From the NCBI RefSeq assembly GCF_006345805.1, contig NW_021832429.1, forward strand, positions 1 through 62,189: DNA of 62,189 nt. The letters run 5' to 3'. Both the position numbers and the translations under genes were made by a program. This document shows, piece by piece, positions 26,338-41,063 of the stretch. This DNA is from Octopus sinensis. Taxonomy: Eukaryota. Under the pieces are notes generated by a model. That model was not told where the DNA came from. It worked only from the letters and a program-made list of their open reading frames with translations, and did not search any database. Position 1 is the stretch's first letter, and each line of letters begins with the position of its first letter.

Positions 26338-28225
26338 AAGGCGGCGAGCTGGCAGGATCGTCAGCACGCCGGGCAAAATGCTTAGCGGTATTTCGTCTGC
26401 CGCTACGTTCCGAGTTCAAATTCCGCTGATGTCGACTTTGCCTTTCATCCTTCCGGGGTCGATTAAATAAGTACCAGTTACGCACTGGGGTCGATATAAT
26501 CTGTCCTTGTTTGTCTCCTCTGTGTTTAGCCCCTTGTGGGTATTAAAGAAATAGGCATTTCGTCTGTCTTTACGTTCTGAGTTCGAATTCCGCCGAGGTC
26601 CACTTTGCGTTTTATCCTTTCAGGGTCGATAAATAAAGTACCAGTTGCATACTGGGGTCGTTCTAATCGACTGGCCACCCTCCCCCTCAAAAAAAAATTC
26701 GGGCCTTGTGCCAAGAGTGGAAAAGAATGTGTGTAGGCACGCACACACACGCACGTATATATATATATATATATAATATATATATATATATATAATATAT
26801 ATATATATACTTACATAGGCGCAGGCACGCCTGTGTTGTTTCAGAAATTTACTTACACACACACATATATTGTGAGCACAGCAGGAATCAGAAGGACTCA
26901 AATAAATTTAAATATAAGAAACCGAGATTCTTTATATGAATGCAAACATCCATTCTATACTTTCGATGTACTGAAAACGATGTGGTGAGTCTCCTGACTG
27001 ACCGTTTCGCAGTTTGTTGATCGCTCCACAGAGATGTATCAGATTTTCTTCCCCAGTCGATATAGTAATAATCCTTTGTTATAGGGACAAGGCCTGAAAG
27101 TTGGGAGGAGGGGACTAGTCGATTACATTTAACCCCCTCCCCCTGTGTACCACTGGTACTTAATTTATCGGCCCTGAAAGTATGTAAGGCAAGGTCGACC
27201 TCGGCGGAATTTGAACTTAAAACGTTTCGCCCGGTGTGCTAACGCATCATTTTTACTCTAGGCTCAAGGCCCGAAATTTTGGGGGTGGGGAGCCAGTCGA
27301 TTAGATAGACATCACTATGCAACTGGTACTTAATTTATTGATCACGAAAAGATGAAAGGCAAAGTCGACCACGCCGGAATTTGAACTCAAAACATAAAGA
27401 CGGAGGAAATACCTGTTTCTTTACTACCCACAAGGGGCTAAACACAGAGAGGACAGACAAGGACAGACAAACGGATTAAGTCGATTGCATCGACCCCAGT
27501 GCGTACCTGGTACTTAAGGATGAAAGCAAAGTCGTCCTCGGTGGAATTTGAACTATAAACGTAACCGCAGACGAAATACCGCTAAGCATTTCGCCCGGCG
27601 TGCTAACGTTTCTGCCAGCTCGCTGCCTTTCTTTCAGTGGTAGTACTAGTAACATTATTACTACAAAACCACGACCACCAGTAGTAGTAGTAGTAGTGAC
27701 GGTAGTGGTGGTGGTGGTGGTGGTGGCGATGGTAAACGATGGCTTCAACTATGTTATCACTAATAATCACCATTACAGTGATTTCTTTTATCAGCACAGT
27801 CTCGAGAAAGTAAACTAGGGAAGTCCCAGTTTCCAAATAAACATTTCTCACAAACATCTCATGTGCCTGTGTGTGTTCGACTTTACAGTGAGTGTATACG
27901 CGCGTACACACACTCACATTTATGCATACATTTATTTACCCACACACATACACACACAGATATATGTATATATATTTATATGTGTGTGTGTGTGTGTGTA
28001 TCTGTGTGTAGATACACACACGTATGCACATGTATATAAATAATACATATATATAAACACACACACGGACACACACATACATATATATATATATGTATAC
28101 ATACATACATACATGTATATATACTCATATATGTTTTTATATACATATGGGTATATATGTATATACAAGCATATATACAAATAACAAGATAACGTATATA
28201 TACAAACATATATACACGTTATATA

Positions 28226-28262
<37 letters not shown>

Positions 28263-29665
28263 GAAGAAGGAGAGAAAGAAAACGTGTGTCTTTGACAAGT
28301 GAATAACGCGTGATTGCACACACACACAAACACACAACAACAACAACAACAACAACGACGACGACAACGTACAGATATAGTTAAAGGTGAAGTGAAATAT
28401 CTCGCTCGTCGCTGACTGTAATTTGATCTAAAGAAAACTTGCTGCCTTGAGCCAGTCACTACTGATCTGTCTCCTATCGCTGAAGCAAATATTGCCCTGA
28501 CAAGACCTCCTGACCTGTCCTTACACTAAAAGGTAACAACAACAAAAAGCAGATTGCAATAATTGATACAAGGTAGCAGCAGCTATCCAGTAGCTTGCTA
28601 GCTACTACCAACCTACCTACCTACCTACCTACCAACATGCCTATCTGCTTTCCTATCTAGTTACCCATTCATCGGCCACCATGTAGACAAAATTCCTTTG
28701 AGCATTTCCGTTTCTCCTGCAGAATCGTAAGCGCATCAGTCAAACTGCTAGGCAGCATATATTCCCGCCCTTGAACTTTTTCTTATTTCTTTACTACCCA
28801 CAAGGAGCTACACACAGAGGGGACAAACAAGGACAGACAAATGGATTAAGTCGATTATATCGACCTCAGTGCGTAACTGGTACTAATTTAATCGACCCCG
28901 AAAGGATGAAAGGCAAAGTCGACCTCGGCGGAATTTGAACTCAGAACGTAGCGGCAGATGAAATACCTATTTCTTTACTACCCACAAGGGGCTAAACACA
29001 GAGAACAAACAAACAAAGACAGACAAACGGATTAAGTCGATTATATCGACCCCAGTGCGTAACTGGTACTTAATTTATCGACCCCGAAAGGATGAAAGGC
29101 AAAGTCGACCTCGGCGGAGTTTGAACTCAGAACGTAACGGCAGACGAAAAACGGCTACGCATTTCGCACGGCGTGCTAACGATTCTGCCAGCTCGCCGCC
29201 CTAAAGTTTTTCTCGCCTTAAAGTTTTTCTACTAGGTCTGAAATTTTAAGTGGGAAGGGGATACATCGACCACCACTGCTCAACTGATACTAATTTAATC
29301 GATTCCGAAAGGATAAAAGCAAGGTCGGTCTCAGCGGATTTTGAACTCAGAACGTAAAGACGGACAAAATGCTGTTAAGCATATCTTCCTGTGCGCTAAC
29401 TATTCCGCCAGCTCGCTGCCTTAGTACCTCAAATAACAATCCTTTGTACTATAGGCACAATATCTGAAATTTAGGTGAAGGCGGCTTGTCGATTACATCA
29501 ACCCAAATACTCAACTGGTATTTATTTCACTGACACCCGAAAGGATGAAAAACAAAGTCGGTCCTCAGCAGAATTTGAACTCAGAACGTAAAGCCGGAAG
29601 AAATTTTGACCGTAAAGCCGCTAAGCATTTTGACCGGTGCGCTAACGCTTCTGCCAGCTCGCCTG
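26338..29665. mobile_element. Cluster of family A SINEs (head ggcggcgagctggcagaa..., B-box gagttcaaattcc): 26338-26720(+), 27068-27630(-), 28784-29202(-, tandem), 29225-29665(-)
   Basis: Repeated core gagttcaaattccgccgaggtcgactttgcctttcatcctttcggggtcgataaa..taagtaccag..actggggtcgat. Confidence 0.85.
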
Positions 29666-30444
29666 AGGCCTTTCTGCGCTAATTAAAGAAAAGAACACTG
29701 AAGATTTTTGAAATAAACATATACACACAGTCTCATGCGTTTAAAGCATACACACACACACACATACACTTAGAGTAATCATACGTTCTTATACTAAAGA
29801 TGTTTATACACCGGTTACATGAATTCAGCTACAATTACCCAAACACTCACGTTTATGAATACAATATTTCCCTCACATGTTCACGAACCGCTGGGACTGT
29901 TTTGGACGAAATAAAGACGCTTTGTCACTTTGTTAGCGACCGATTTGAATTCTGCCGAAAACTTAAATCTCAATTGAAAATATACGCGTAGACACACTAG
30001 AAAAAAACCCCCCATCTATTTTTATACAATTATAAACATGTATACGTGCATGCAAATATATATATATATATATATATATAGGTGTAGATATTTGTGTGAG
30101 TGTGTGTATATATGTATGTGTGTGTGTGTATTAAATGTTTGCGTGTGTATAATGGCGATATGTGCGAGTATGTGTGTGTCGTCAATCAATTATGATGAGC
30201 ATGGTTGTTTACTCACGTTTCTGGCATTAAAAACCCCCACAGAATACCTATGTACACAAGACACACACATTCGTATATATCTATGCAAATATAACGTGTG
30301 TGTGTCTGTGTGTGTTTACATATATATATAGAGAGAGAGATTGTGTGTGTAATCTGTGCGTGTATGTGTGAGCAGGAGATAGCAAGGCGAGCACAAACTT
30401 GTCTAAGTAAACTAAAACTTTAAGCACACATACACGTACAAAGG

Positions 30445-30484
<40 letters not shown>

Positions 30485-30697
30485 CTCACACGTTATACTA
30501 AATATAACAAACTTCGGGCAACTACAATCATACGGTAACATGAAAATCACAGGAAAAAAAAATAGAATCGTAAAGATCAGACATTCATGTTAACAAACAC
30601 AAACATTTCATCTTCAATACCTGATCCCATTTTGATTCCCACCTTCCCGCATTTCGTGTTATTTTTTCTTTTTCCCTAATGTCACTAATGTTTCTTA

Positions 30698-30735
<38 letters not shown>

Positions 30736-30964
30736 ATAAGAGAGAGATAAGTTATGTTAAATCTCTGAGCGAGAGATAAACAGTAACAGTGCGGAATCGT
30801 AAAATATATATTTGCCAAGTAAATGTGGCGGTCGTATAGAGGACGGTGTTACTGTTGTTTTTAACCCCAGAAAGGAAATGTCTTCCGGGTTTAAAAACAA
30901 CAGTAACACCGTACTCTTTAGGACCACCACATTTAGTTGGCAAATATATATATATATTATATAT

Positions 30965-31015
<51 letters not shown>

Positions 31016-31518
31016 ATATATATAATATATATATATGTATATATATATAAGACCACAGTATAAATGATGGTCACTACATTTTTTTCCCTTTAGTAGAGTG
31101 CATTTGGCTTACGGCTGTTTCCAGTTGTCATTATCGGTACATTACTGATAGGTTTACTCAATTGGTTTATTGATCAGTTGAGAAAAGCCGAACGACTTTC
31201 ACTCAAAAACATAATTCACCGCCCGGTCAAAGAATTGAAACCAAAATCTCTCGATCGTAAGTACAATACTCTGACCATTAGGCCATGCGGCGTCATATAT
31301 CACTATTACGATATAGGTCAGACAATTGGATGTTGTTATACACCGCTGGTCACAATGCGCTTTTTCCATAGCTATTTGCTCATTAGTAGACAGAGATCGA
31401 TGAAGATCGATGATGACTGATGAAAAGGCCTGATAATTATGACAATTTTGTCTTAGTTATTTTGTTGTTTTTTCATTATAGAATGCATCTAGAACTAAAG
31501 TATCCGATATATCTTGTG

Positions 31519-31549
<31 letters not shown>

Positions 31550-32794
31550 TGTGTATGTGGGTGACAACAGTGTGTAAGTTGAAGGGTAGTTATTTGCTAT
31601 TTCGAGAAAGTCGTGTGACGACCACGTGGAACGATTACAAAAATATTTAGTTTGTGCTGTATGCAATCTGAAATAGCAACAACAGCCTGGAATCGAACCC
31701 TGATCGCGAGGTTCGTTAATCGCAAATATAACGTATTAATTACATAACTAAATCAGCTTGCTCTTCACTGTCCTTCCGTCCCAGTTTAGTTACTCTTTTC
31801 ATTATACACAAATATTTTATATTTTAGAGGAGAACCGCAAGGAATTACCCTATCCTCGTTTTTCTTTCCCCCAAGAGCATAGCTAAGATTACATAACATA
31901 TTTGTGAATTGGTCTCATCCTACAATTGAGAGATTGACTGACAACACATCAAAAGCTGATATCATTCTTAGTTTTAGTTAAACTGCTTTTAGTCTTGGCT
32001 ACGAAACACTATTATAGCCGTCTGAGATGCAATAAAGGCATTCTGGAACGCAGATGGGAAGGTAAGCGCATAGTCTGCGTTCCATCCATCTGACACTATG
32101 TATTTCGATCTTTCTAGTCACGAATAGACCACCAAATCTGTAAATGGATGTCTCAGAAGATTTTGTGCGGTAGGTTGAATGTTTATTTATTTATTTATTT
32201 ATTGTATTTAACTGTAACGAATTTCATCATTCTACAGTATACACGCACACACACATACACATACACACACTTTACAATTTCGTACATAGCTATGTAGCTC
32301 GACACCCACTCGCACACACTTGTATGCTTGTATATCTAAGTGTGTGTGTGTGTGTCTGTGTGTGTAACAGAAAAAGAGGAAAAGCGAATGTGTGAGTGTG
32401 TGTAAGTCATAGTATACAGTATTATAGATCCATTTCAGAAGATCTTGGCAATCGGTTTAGCACCGGGTGTTAGAAAACTAAGACCAGGTCTTCCTCAGCG
32501 ATGGCAGGTATGGAGAATATTATATATATATAATATATATATATATATAATATATATAAATATATAAATATATGCATATATACATACATATATGTAGATA
32601 GCTACATATATATGTAGTATACATGCATATATGGATACAGGACATCAAAAAGACGTTGAACACAATGAGAAACAAAAACATAAAAAATGAACTTATTTTC
32701 GAACAACGAAAAAAACAGAGAAACGAGACATGCAACGTAAAGAATATTCCCCTTCATCAGTTGTCCCTGTTTTATCTACTCCGCGTTTCGGAGG

Positions 32795-32828
<34 letters not shown>

Positions 32829-33757
32829 AGAGAGAGAGAGTGAGATTCTTATATAGATATGATGGTGGTATTGCAGCTTATCCTTGTACCTAATGGGAAA
32901 ACCAAACCCGAAGAACGAAGGAGCTAGCTACATGTTGTGGTAAACGCTTGGGACGATCATTTTTTTTGGACGAATGAGTATGAGTATGTATATGTTGTGT
33001 ATCTGTGTTTGTGTACCCCCCACCCCACCCAACATCGCTTGACAACCGATGCTGGTGTGTTTATGTCCCCGTAACTTATCGGTTCGGCAAAAGAGACCGA
33101 TAGAATAAGTACTAGGCTTACAAAGAATAAATCCTGGGGTCGATTTGATTCGACTAAAAGGTGGTGCTCCAGTATGGCCGCAGTCAAATGACTGAAACAA
33201 GGAAGTAAAACCTTTTGACCTCAAGTTCCTCGCCTTCTTTCAATTTCTTTAAAAGATAAAGGACTTCTTTTTCACTTCTCTACATCATCTATGTTCGTTG
33301 TTATCGGTCGTCGTTTTTATGATGTTTGAATAAAGGTGGGAGTTGTTGAGTGGGTTAGTTTGTTAGCAGGCCTGCTGGCTGGCTACCTGACTGGTTGGTT
33401 GGTTGGTTGGTTGGTTAGTCAGTTAGTTTGTTTGTTTGGTTGGTTGATTGGCCGGTCACTCGGTCGGTCGGTCGGTTAGTTGTAAGAAGAAATGAAGGGG
33501 TATTTCTTGATCTAACATCAAGTAGAACAATCGATACAATAAGAGACCGTGACTGCTCGGTGCTCGCTATTAACAACCAGCGTAGTGGAAGTAGAATGTA
33601 AAAACAAAATTTTTTTTATAAAATCAAAACAAAAACTACGGGGAAAAACAATATCGAACGAAAAAGTAAACAAACAAATAACGATATAAATAACAAAAAC
33701 AACAATAAAAATCTGAAGAAATGAAAAAAATATAAAATACACACCAAAAATAAATAG

Positions 33758-33827
<70 letters not shown>

Positions 33828-34249
33828 GAAGCTATTGTCTTACAGTCGAAACGGTGGTTGTCAGAAAGTTTACTTACGTGAAAGAAATTGACGTAGAAGT
33901 AGGTGTGTGGGAGGTGAGGTGTGGTGGGGTGAAGACAGGAGCAAACTACGTAAGGTAGAGGAGGAGGAGGTGGAGGAGGAAAGGAGGAAGAGGAGGAGGA
34001 TGACGAGGTTAGGGAATGACTTTGAAGAAATCGATCCCACTCGGTTGTGAAAAATAAAGTTATTGAAGGACTAACAATGAGGACATCGTCACGTACCAGA
34101 CAATAGAGGTTTAAACAAAAGGAAATAAATAAATAAATAAATGACCAATACCGTCAACACCACCATCACTACCACCACCACCGCCGCCAACAACATAAAC
34201 AACAACACCGCAACTGCATACTATCATTACTAATAACAACAAGGGGAGG

Positions 34250-34644
34250 GAAGCACTCCGTCGGTTACGACGACGAGGGTTCCGGTTGATCGGATCAACG
34301 GAACAGTCTGCTCGTGAAATTAACGTGTAAGTGGCTGAGCACTCCACAGACACGTGGTTACCTTACCCGTAGTAGTTTCGGGGATATCAGCGTGACACGA
34401 GAGTGGCAAGGCCGGCCCTTTGAAATACAGACACAACAGAAACAGGAAGTAAGAGTAGAGTGAGAGAAAAGTGTGGTTTGAAAGAGTACAGCAGGGATCA
34501 CCACCATCCCCTGCCGGAGCCTCGTGGAGCTTTTTTTAGGTGTTTTCGCTCAATAAACACTCACAACGCCCGGTTTGGGAATCGAAACCGCGATCCTATG
34601 ACCGCGAGTCCGCTGCCCTAACCACTGGGCCATTGCGCCTCCAC
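34250..34644 (-). mobile_element. SINE family B, full-length copy
   Basis: tRNA-like head ggaggcgcaatggcccagtggttagggcagcggactcgcgg..; tail ..ttcacgagcagactgttccgttgatccgatcaaccggaaccctcgtcgtcgtaaccgacggagtgc. Confidence 0.85.
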
Positions 34645-34984
34645 TAATAACAACAATAACAGTGAAGGAAATAGTGAAAAAATATACATCATTGCATTAC
34701 TAACTTTTGTAATACAATAAATATTAGTTTTTTGGGTTTTTTTTTATTTTTTTTGTTTTTCGTCTCGAACCTTAAACTATTCTCTCCAAAATACCTGCGA
34801 CCCGGGTGGTTTGCTCCTACTGCGATGCAAACTGGAACTTGGACTAACACGGCTGGGTCAATTAGGAAAGGAAGTCTTACGCTGAAGGAGCTTAAAACAC
34901 CAAAACTCCAGAAACATCCAGAATAATGCATCCCAGAGCATCTGTGAGATTTATCAACCAAAACACACACACACACACACACAC

Positions 34985-36666
34985 ATACACACACATGTAT
35001 ATGTGGTCGTTTACAATCTCAGCGATGGTTCTTGCTATCAACATTTCTACAATCCAATAACATTATGGATAAAAGTTACATACAAAAGTTACACATCCCT
35101 GACGATTTGACAGTAGGTTTTGATTATGTATAATTTACATTATGCATATAATTAATAAACACCTTGTGGCAATGAAACGTGCATAAAATTGTGGAAATGA
35201 ATTTGCTGATATGTTTATAGATAGTAGCGCAATGAAATGTATGAGAGAGAGAGAAAGAGAATGAGAAAGAGAAAGGGAACATAAAGAGGGAACTCTATCT
35301 CGTAGTGTTAAAAACACTATCAGTGAATTAGAATTAGTTTTCTGAAATCTTCAATAATAAAAGAAACGCGAAAGCCACATTTTGATGAAACAAATTAAAA
35401 TTACAATTTATACGAATTTTTTATACAGTGTAGACTTTAATAGGTGTTTTCTTTTTATAACAGTTACACACTCTTATCTAATAAACAGCGTTCTTTATTA
35501 TAGGGTAAACTTACTCTGTAAAAACCCGAAGCCCTTGATTCATTGGAAATTACTCAAAATACAATTACACGATAAGGAATATAAACAGAGCCCTAAGTAC
35601 TGTTTATTTGTTGCGCAATTTAAACTCTGAATTACACTAGATGGGCAAATCTCTTAAGTGTTTCAGTCATTAAACTGCGGTGATGCGGTCGAACAAATCA
35701 ACCTCCAGTACTTATTTTTAGCTCTAGTCCGTATTCTATCAGTTCTTCTGTCGAACCGCAAAGTTGCGGGGATGTATACTAACAAAACAGGTTGTCAAGC
35801 TGCGGTGGAGGGACACACACACACACACACACACACAACACACACATACACACACATGTATATGTGGTCGTTTACAATCTCAGCGATGGTTCTTGCTATC
35901 AACATTTCTACAATCCAATAACATTATGGATAAAAGTTACATACAAAGTTACACATCCCGACGATTTGACAGTAGGTTTTTGATTAGTAAATTTACATTA
36001 TGCATATAATTAATAAACACCTTGTGGCAATGAAACGTGCATAAAATTGTGGAAATGAATTTGCTGATATGTTTATAGATAGTAGCGCAATGAATGTATG
36101 AGAGAGAGAGAAAGAGAATTGAGAAAGAGAAGGGAAACATAAAGAGGGAACTCTATCTCGTAGTGTTAAAAACCTATCAGTGAATTAGAATTAGTTTTCT
36201 GAAATCTTCATAATAAAGAAACGCGAAAGCCACATTTTGATGAAACAAATTAAAATTACATTTATACGAATTTTTTATACAGTGTAGACTTTAATAGGTG
36301 TTTTCTTTTTATAACAGTTCACACTCTTATCTAATAAACAGCGTTCTTATTATAGGGTAAACTTACTCTGTAAAAACCCGAAGCCCTGATTCATTGGAAA
36401 TTACTCAAATACAATTACACGATAAGGAATATAAACAGAGCCCTAAGTACTGTTTATTTGTTGCGCGCAATTTAAACTCTGAATTACACTAGATGGGCAA
36501 ATCTCTTAAGTGTTTCAGTCATTAAACTGCGGTGATGCGGTCGAACAAATCAACCTCCAGTACTTATTTTTAGCTCTAGTCCGTATTCTATCAGTTCTTC
36601 TGTCGAACCGCAAAGTTGCGGGGATGTATACTAACCAAAACAGGTTGTCAAGCTGCGGTGGAGGAC

Positions 36667-36690
<24 letters not shown>
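34985..36690. repeat. Tandem duplication, ~855-bp unit x2
   Basis: 35001 atgtggtcgtttac recurs at 35862; 35641 atgggcaaatctc recurs at 36493. Copies differ mostly by 1-bp indels; boundaries in (CA)n. Confidence 0.9.
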
Positions 36691-36698
<8 letters not shown>

Positions 36699-37090
36699 TT
36701 GTGACTGTAGTAACCCAGGTTTGAATCCGGGTCACGTCAGCCTCCCTATAATTTTCCCTATAATTTTCCCTATAATTTTCACTGTCGGTGCCCCAACATG
36801 GCCACAGCCTCAAAACTGAAACATATATATATATATATATAAGTTAGAGGTATTTAGAGCCTCTATATCCAAAGATCCTTCTGATAATTACCTCAGTAGG
36901 TATATCCTTGGTAAAAGGTATATGGCAGCAGGTAATTTAGCGGGTAATCGTAGTTTACGGAGATGTACTTGCATAGCAAGTGATTTGATCTGAGATCGTG
37001 TGCTGAAACGAAAACAATTGCAGCGTGGAAGGTGTTTGTAAGCCATTTAAGAAACACACAATTATCCATTTTCTTCTCGTCGTCTCTATC

Positions 37091-37129
<39 letters not shown>

Positions 37130-38521
37130 ATTTATATCTTCTAAAGAAGTTTTGATTAAAACTTTACTGTAAGTTTTATTTGCTTGTTAGCTAGTGAAGT
37201 AACCTACACCAAAATATCTATACCAAAATCTACACCAAAATACTGTCATGCCACCACCGATGGAGTGTGCACTCCACCTTGAGAAACACTTCTTTACATG
37301 TTTAACTCGTGACGGGCTGTGATTCTAATCGCTTTGTGATTAAAAGTGCTATATAACCTGAACTATTTGGACTACAATATCGAATATTATTTTTCCTTTT
37401 CATTTTTTGCTTTTAAACAATAGTCAGGCGCCTTGTCCAACATTGGTAAAGACGTCTTTTTCAAAATACAACACTCTTTACCCAATAACTGAGAACCCAG
37501 TAATTTCTTTTTCGGTATTTTCTTTTGTCTCTTTTTGTTTTTTGTTTTTTAGATGTTGCACTGATATTCGTGGAATCTATTAACTAATGGAACATTTTAA
37601 GCCACATTTAAGCATGTGAACACGTTTTAACTTGATGAATGCGTGTATGTTTGACACCGAAACAGAGACCTCTGACTCTGCGTTGCAACGAAACAAATGT
37701 TTTCAAAAGATTTTGTATGCCATCTTGTAGACAGAAAGTTGACAGCTTTAAACTTAGAAGAGCTGGTTTGAGGATATTTTTTTGTGGTTTTTTTTTTCTC
37801 TAATAAGTCAGAGTGAGTGTGTGTAACAGTCACCGTTGATTTTGAGGTGGTTAAGGCTATTAAAATATATGATTACAGACATCGGTCAGAAGACGTTTAA
37901 TTACAAGGAAAAAGATAGTCAAAATTGCTTGGTGCAAGGCTTCGATGAAAGTGATGTAATTTCAGTGTTGCAATGCAGAATGATAAATACACAGAGTCAA
38001 TGAAGTATTTTAATTGCAGTCAGGATGCAGACAGGAACGACAGAAGAAGACGGGAGAAGGAGGAGGAGAAGGGAAAAGGAGGAGGAGGAGAAGAAGAAGG
38101 GAGAAGGAGGAGGAGAAGAAGAAGAAGAAAAGGTTGTTGCATTTGCGGTATAGGAAAATGTTTAAAAGATGGACACTTCTTTATGCCAATAAACCAAACA
38201 AAATTGGAAGAATTTTCTGGAAAAGAGATGGCAACGATCAATCTAATAATGTTTTGAATTCACTCAAAGAGATCGATATTTGTAATGAAGATGTGAAGGC
38301 AGCAGTGTTCTGGTTAACTGAATCAAACAAAATAACAGAACATTACATAGTAAGTATATACGCTGGCACTGTTACAAAACTACTAAAGTAGCTTAGAAAA
38401 TTAACAATATATTTCGGGCGAATATATTTTCACAATTAACGATATAATTCGGAAGCTCCCTTCGCATGTAAAATATACTTGTCGGCAAATTATTTAGAAT
38501 ACTCAGCAATCAAGTTTTACA

Positions 38522-38579
<58 letters not shown>

Positions 38580-38918
38580 CAACTATGTAATAACCTTATA
38601 GCGTGCTTTTCCATAGCTCCTCTACTGGTGCCGGCTACCATATGCTAACAGACAACAGGAATTCTCCTTTTATTACTGGATATACATGTGGAAATCCGTT
38701 AATATCCGCGAAGTACAACGATGTTATAATACAAGAAGATGAAATAAAAAGGTTTTAGTCCAAATCACTACAATTGTTTCTGTCCGATATATATACTATA
38801 TACTGTGTGTGTGTGTGTGTGTGTGTATTCCTTCCGGTCTTTCAAAATGTGACCGCGTGTGTACGTTGGCGATTTTTTGTCCTTTGTCTTCCCTTCTCTG
38901 GATCTTTCCTTCTCCTAT

Positions 38919-38953
38919 GTTTCCGACGAAGAGCTCCGCTCGAAACGTTAAAC
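38919..38953 (+). ncRNA. Minimal hammerhead-like motif (core variant CCGACGA) in a Penelope-type repeat (~38826-39035)
   Basis: gttt-CCGACGA-a-gagc(tcc)gctc-GAAA-cgtt-aaac: stem I gttt/aaac, stem II gagc/gctc, palindromic stem III (ACGT). Confidence 0.5.
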
Positions 38954-39190
38954 TCTCCTTCTTTCCTGAGCGTCCAATAATACTATATTTGTTCCACGTC
39001 CTCGCGTTGTTCTGTTTTTTTTTTGTGCTTTCTTGTTTGGATTAACTTTATATATATATATATGTACACAAAGTAATTGTATTTCTGCATATAACTTTAT
39101 CTTGCTTCATTTAAAAACAAAACTGTCCGACGACCGGGTACGTGAAATTCTGAGTAGCAGTTTGGGGATATTTTTGCTGCTTTTTAAGAA

Positions 39191-39221
<31 letters not shown>

Positions 39222-39467
39222 GTATGTACTACATTTTTTTTACTTGCTAGGGTCTGTGTTGCCTCGTTTTTTTTCTTCAACTGACAATCAAACCCCGTCT
39301 TTTTCAAGATACACATCAAGCAACAACGATATCTATATATAGCCTAAAAAACAGTGAGTGTATCGGGCATTCCATCTGACAAGCTGAGCGGCTAATGTTT
39401 GTAAGCAATTTTAATAGTCCTTACATTTCAATCAAATTCTCTCTCTCTCTCTCTCTCTCTGACATAC

Positions 39468-39498
<31 letters not shown>

Positions 39499-39649
39499 AA
39501 AGAACCCCACCAAATACGCGCACGAACACACAAGACTTCTGCAGACCTTTTCCTAACTTTTAACATGACATACATCTTCAGAATACGTACACAAAGTAAG
39601 TGAATCTTTACCCGCAACTTCGTGTCCTTCATCATCTTATCAGTTAAGA

Positions 39650-39707
39650 GTGTGTATATATATTATATATATATATGTATATTATGTGTATAATATATAT
39701 ATATATT

Positions 39708-39748
<41 letters not shown>

Positions 39749-39749
39749 T

Positions 39750-39783
<34 letters not shown>

Positions 39784-40014
39784 GTTATATAGTATATATA
39801 TATATATGTATATATATATGTATATATATATGTGGATATATTGTATATATATGTATATATATATGTGTGTGTATATAATATATATTATGTATATATATAT
39901 GTGTGGTGTATATATATATATATATATGTATATATAATGTGTGTGTGTGGAATATATTATTATATATATATATATATGTATTATAATGTGTATATATATA
40001 TATATGTATATATA

Positions 40015-40049
<35 letters not shown>

Positions 40050-40068
40050 TATGTATATATATGTGTAA

Positions 40069-40108
<40 letters not shown>

Positions 40109-40450
40109 GTATATATATATGGTATATATATATATTATATATGTATATTTATTGTTATATACATATATATATAATATGTTATATATCATATATATATATA
40201 TATGTATATATATACTATATATATGTATATATATATATGTATAATATATATATATATATAATGTATGTATATTAGTGTATATATATATATATATATTTAT
40301 GGATATATATTATATATATTATATATATATATGTATATATATATATATTATATTTATGTGTATATATATAGATATATATATATATATATATAGTATTATA
40401 TATATATAATATATATGTTATATATATATATATATGTGTATATATATATG
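39650..40450. repeat. (TA)n/(TATG)n compound microsatellite
   Basis: Direct inspection. Confidence 0.95.
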
Positions 40451-40993
40451 AAATACCTTTAAAGACCACAGGCCCGCTCCCCCAGAAAAAAAAACCCCTA
40501 CAAAAGAAACCAAATGCCCACCTCAGTCTTTCGCTTTTCTTTTGGTCTTCTTTTTTATTTTTCCCATTAAATAAGCCTTTTATTTATTCCTTTATTTGTT
40601 TGTTTGTTTGTGTTTGCTTCTCTTCTTTATATATTTATTTATCGTTTTCAATCGTTTTACGTATCGCTTGTACAACACTCTGGAATATGAGCCGAAAATG
40701 AGTGCTACGTTCATATTTAACCGTAACCCAAGACAGTTTTTTACTACACCATCATATTATATTGCTCTCTGTCTCTCTCTCTCTCGCTTTGTACAAATAT
40801 ATGTATATATGTGTGTGTGTATGTGTGTGCGTTTAGACATATATGTGTGTACGTGTAAACATGTGTATAGGCATACACACGCACACACACACGTACATAT
40901 ATATATATACACACACACATATTTTTTCTTTACTACCCACAACGGACTAAACACAGAGGGGACAAACAATATATATTCACACACACATACGTG

Positions 40994-41063
<70 letters not shown>

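Noticed and set aside
32045-32083. Isolated 10-bp hairpin ggaacgcaga/tctgcgttcc
   Set aside because: Single short stem with no other support.
32725-32790. Minus-strand GAAAC..GUA and CUGAUGA hammerhead halves
   Set aside because: Halves are in permuted order and I could not form stem I; probably a truncated Penelope-type end, not a foldable ribozyme.
33878-34100. Strong minus-strand donor (CAC|GTAAGT) with an open phase-0 frame, as possible MMP exon 1
   Set aside because: No in-frame ATG, no acceptor with a pyrimidine tract, no signal peptide or MMP21 similarity.
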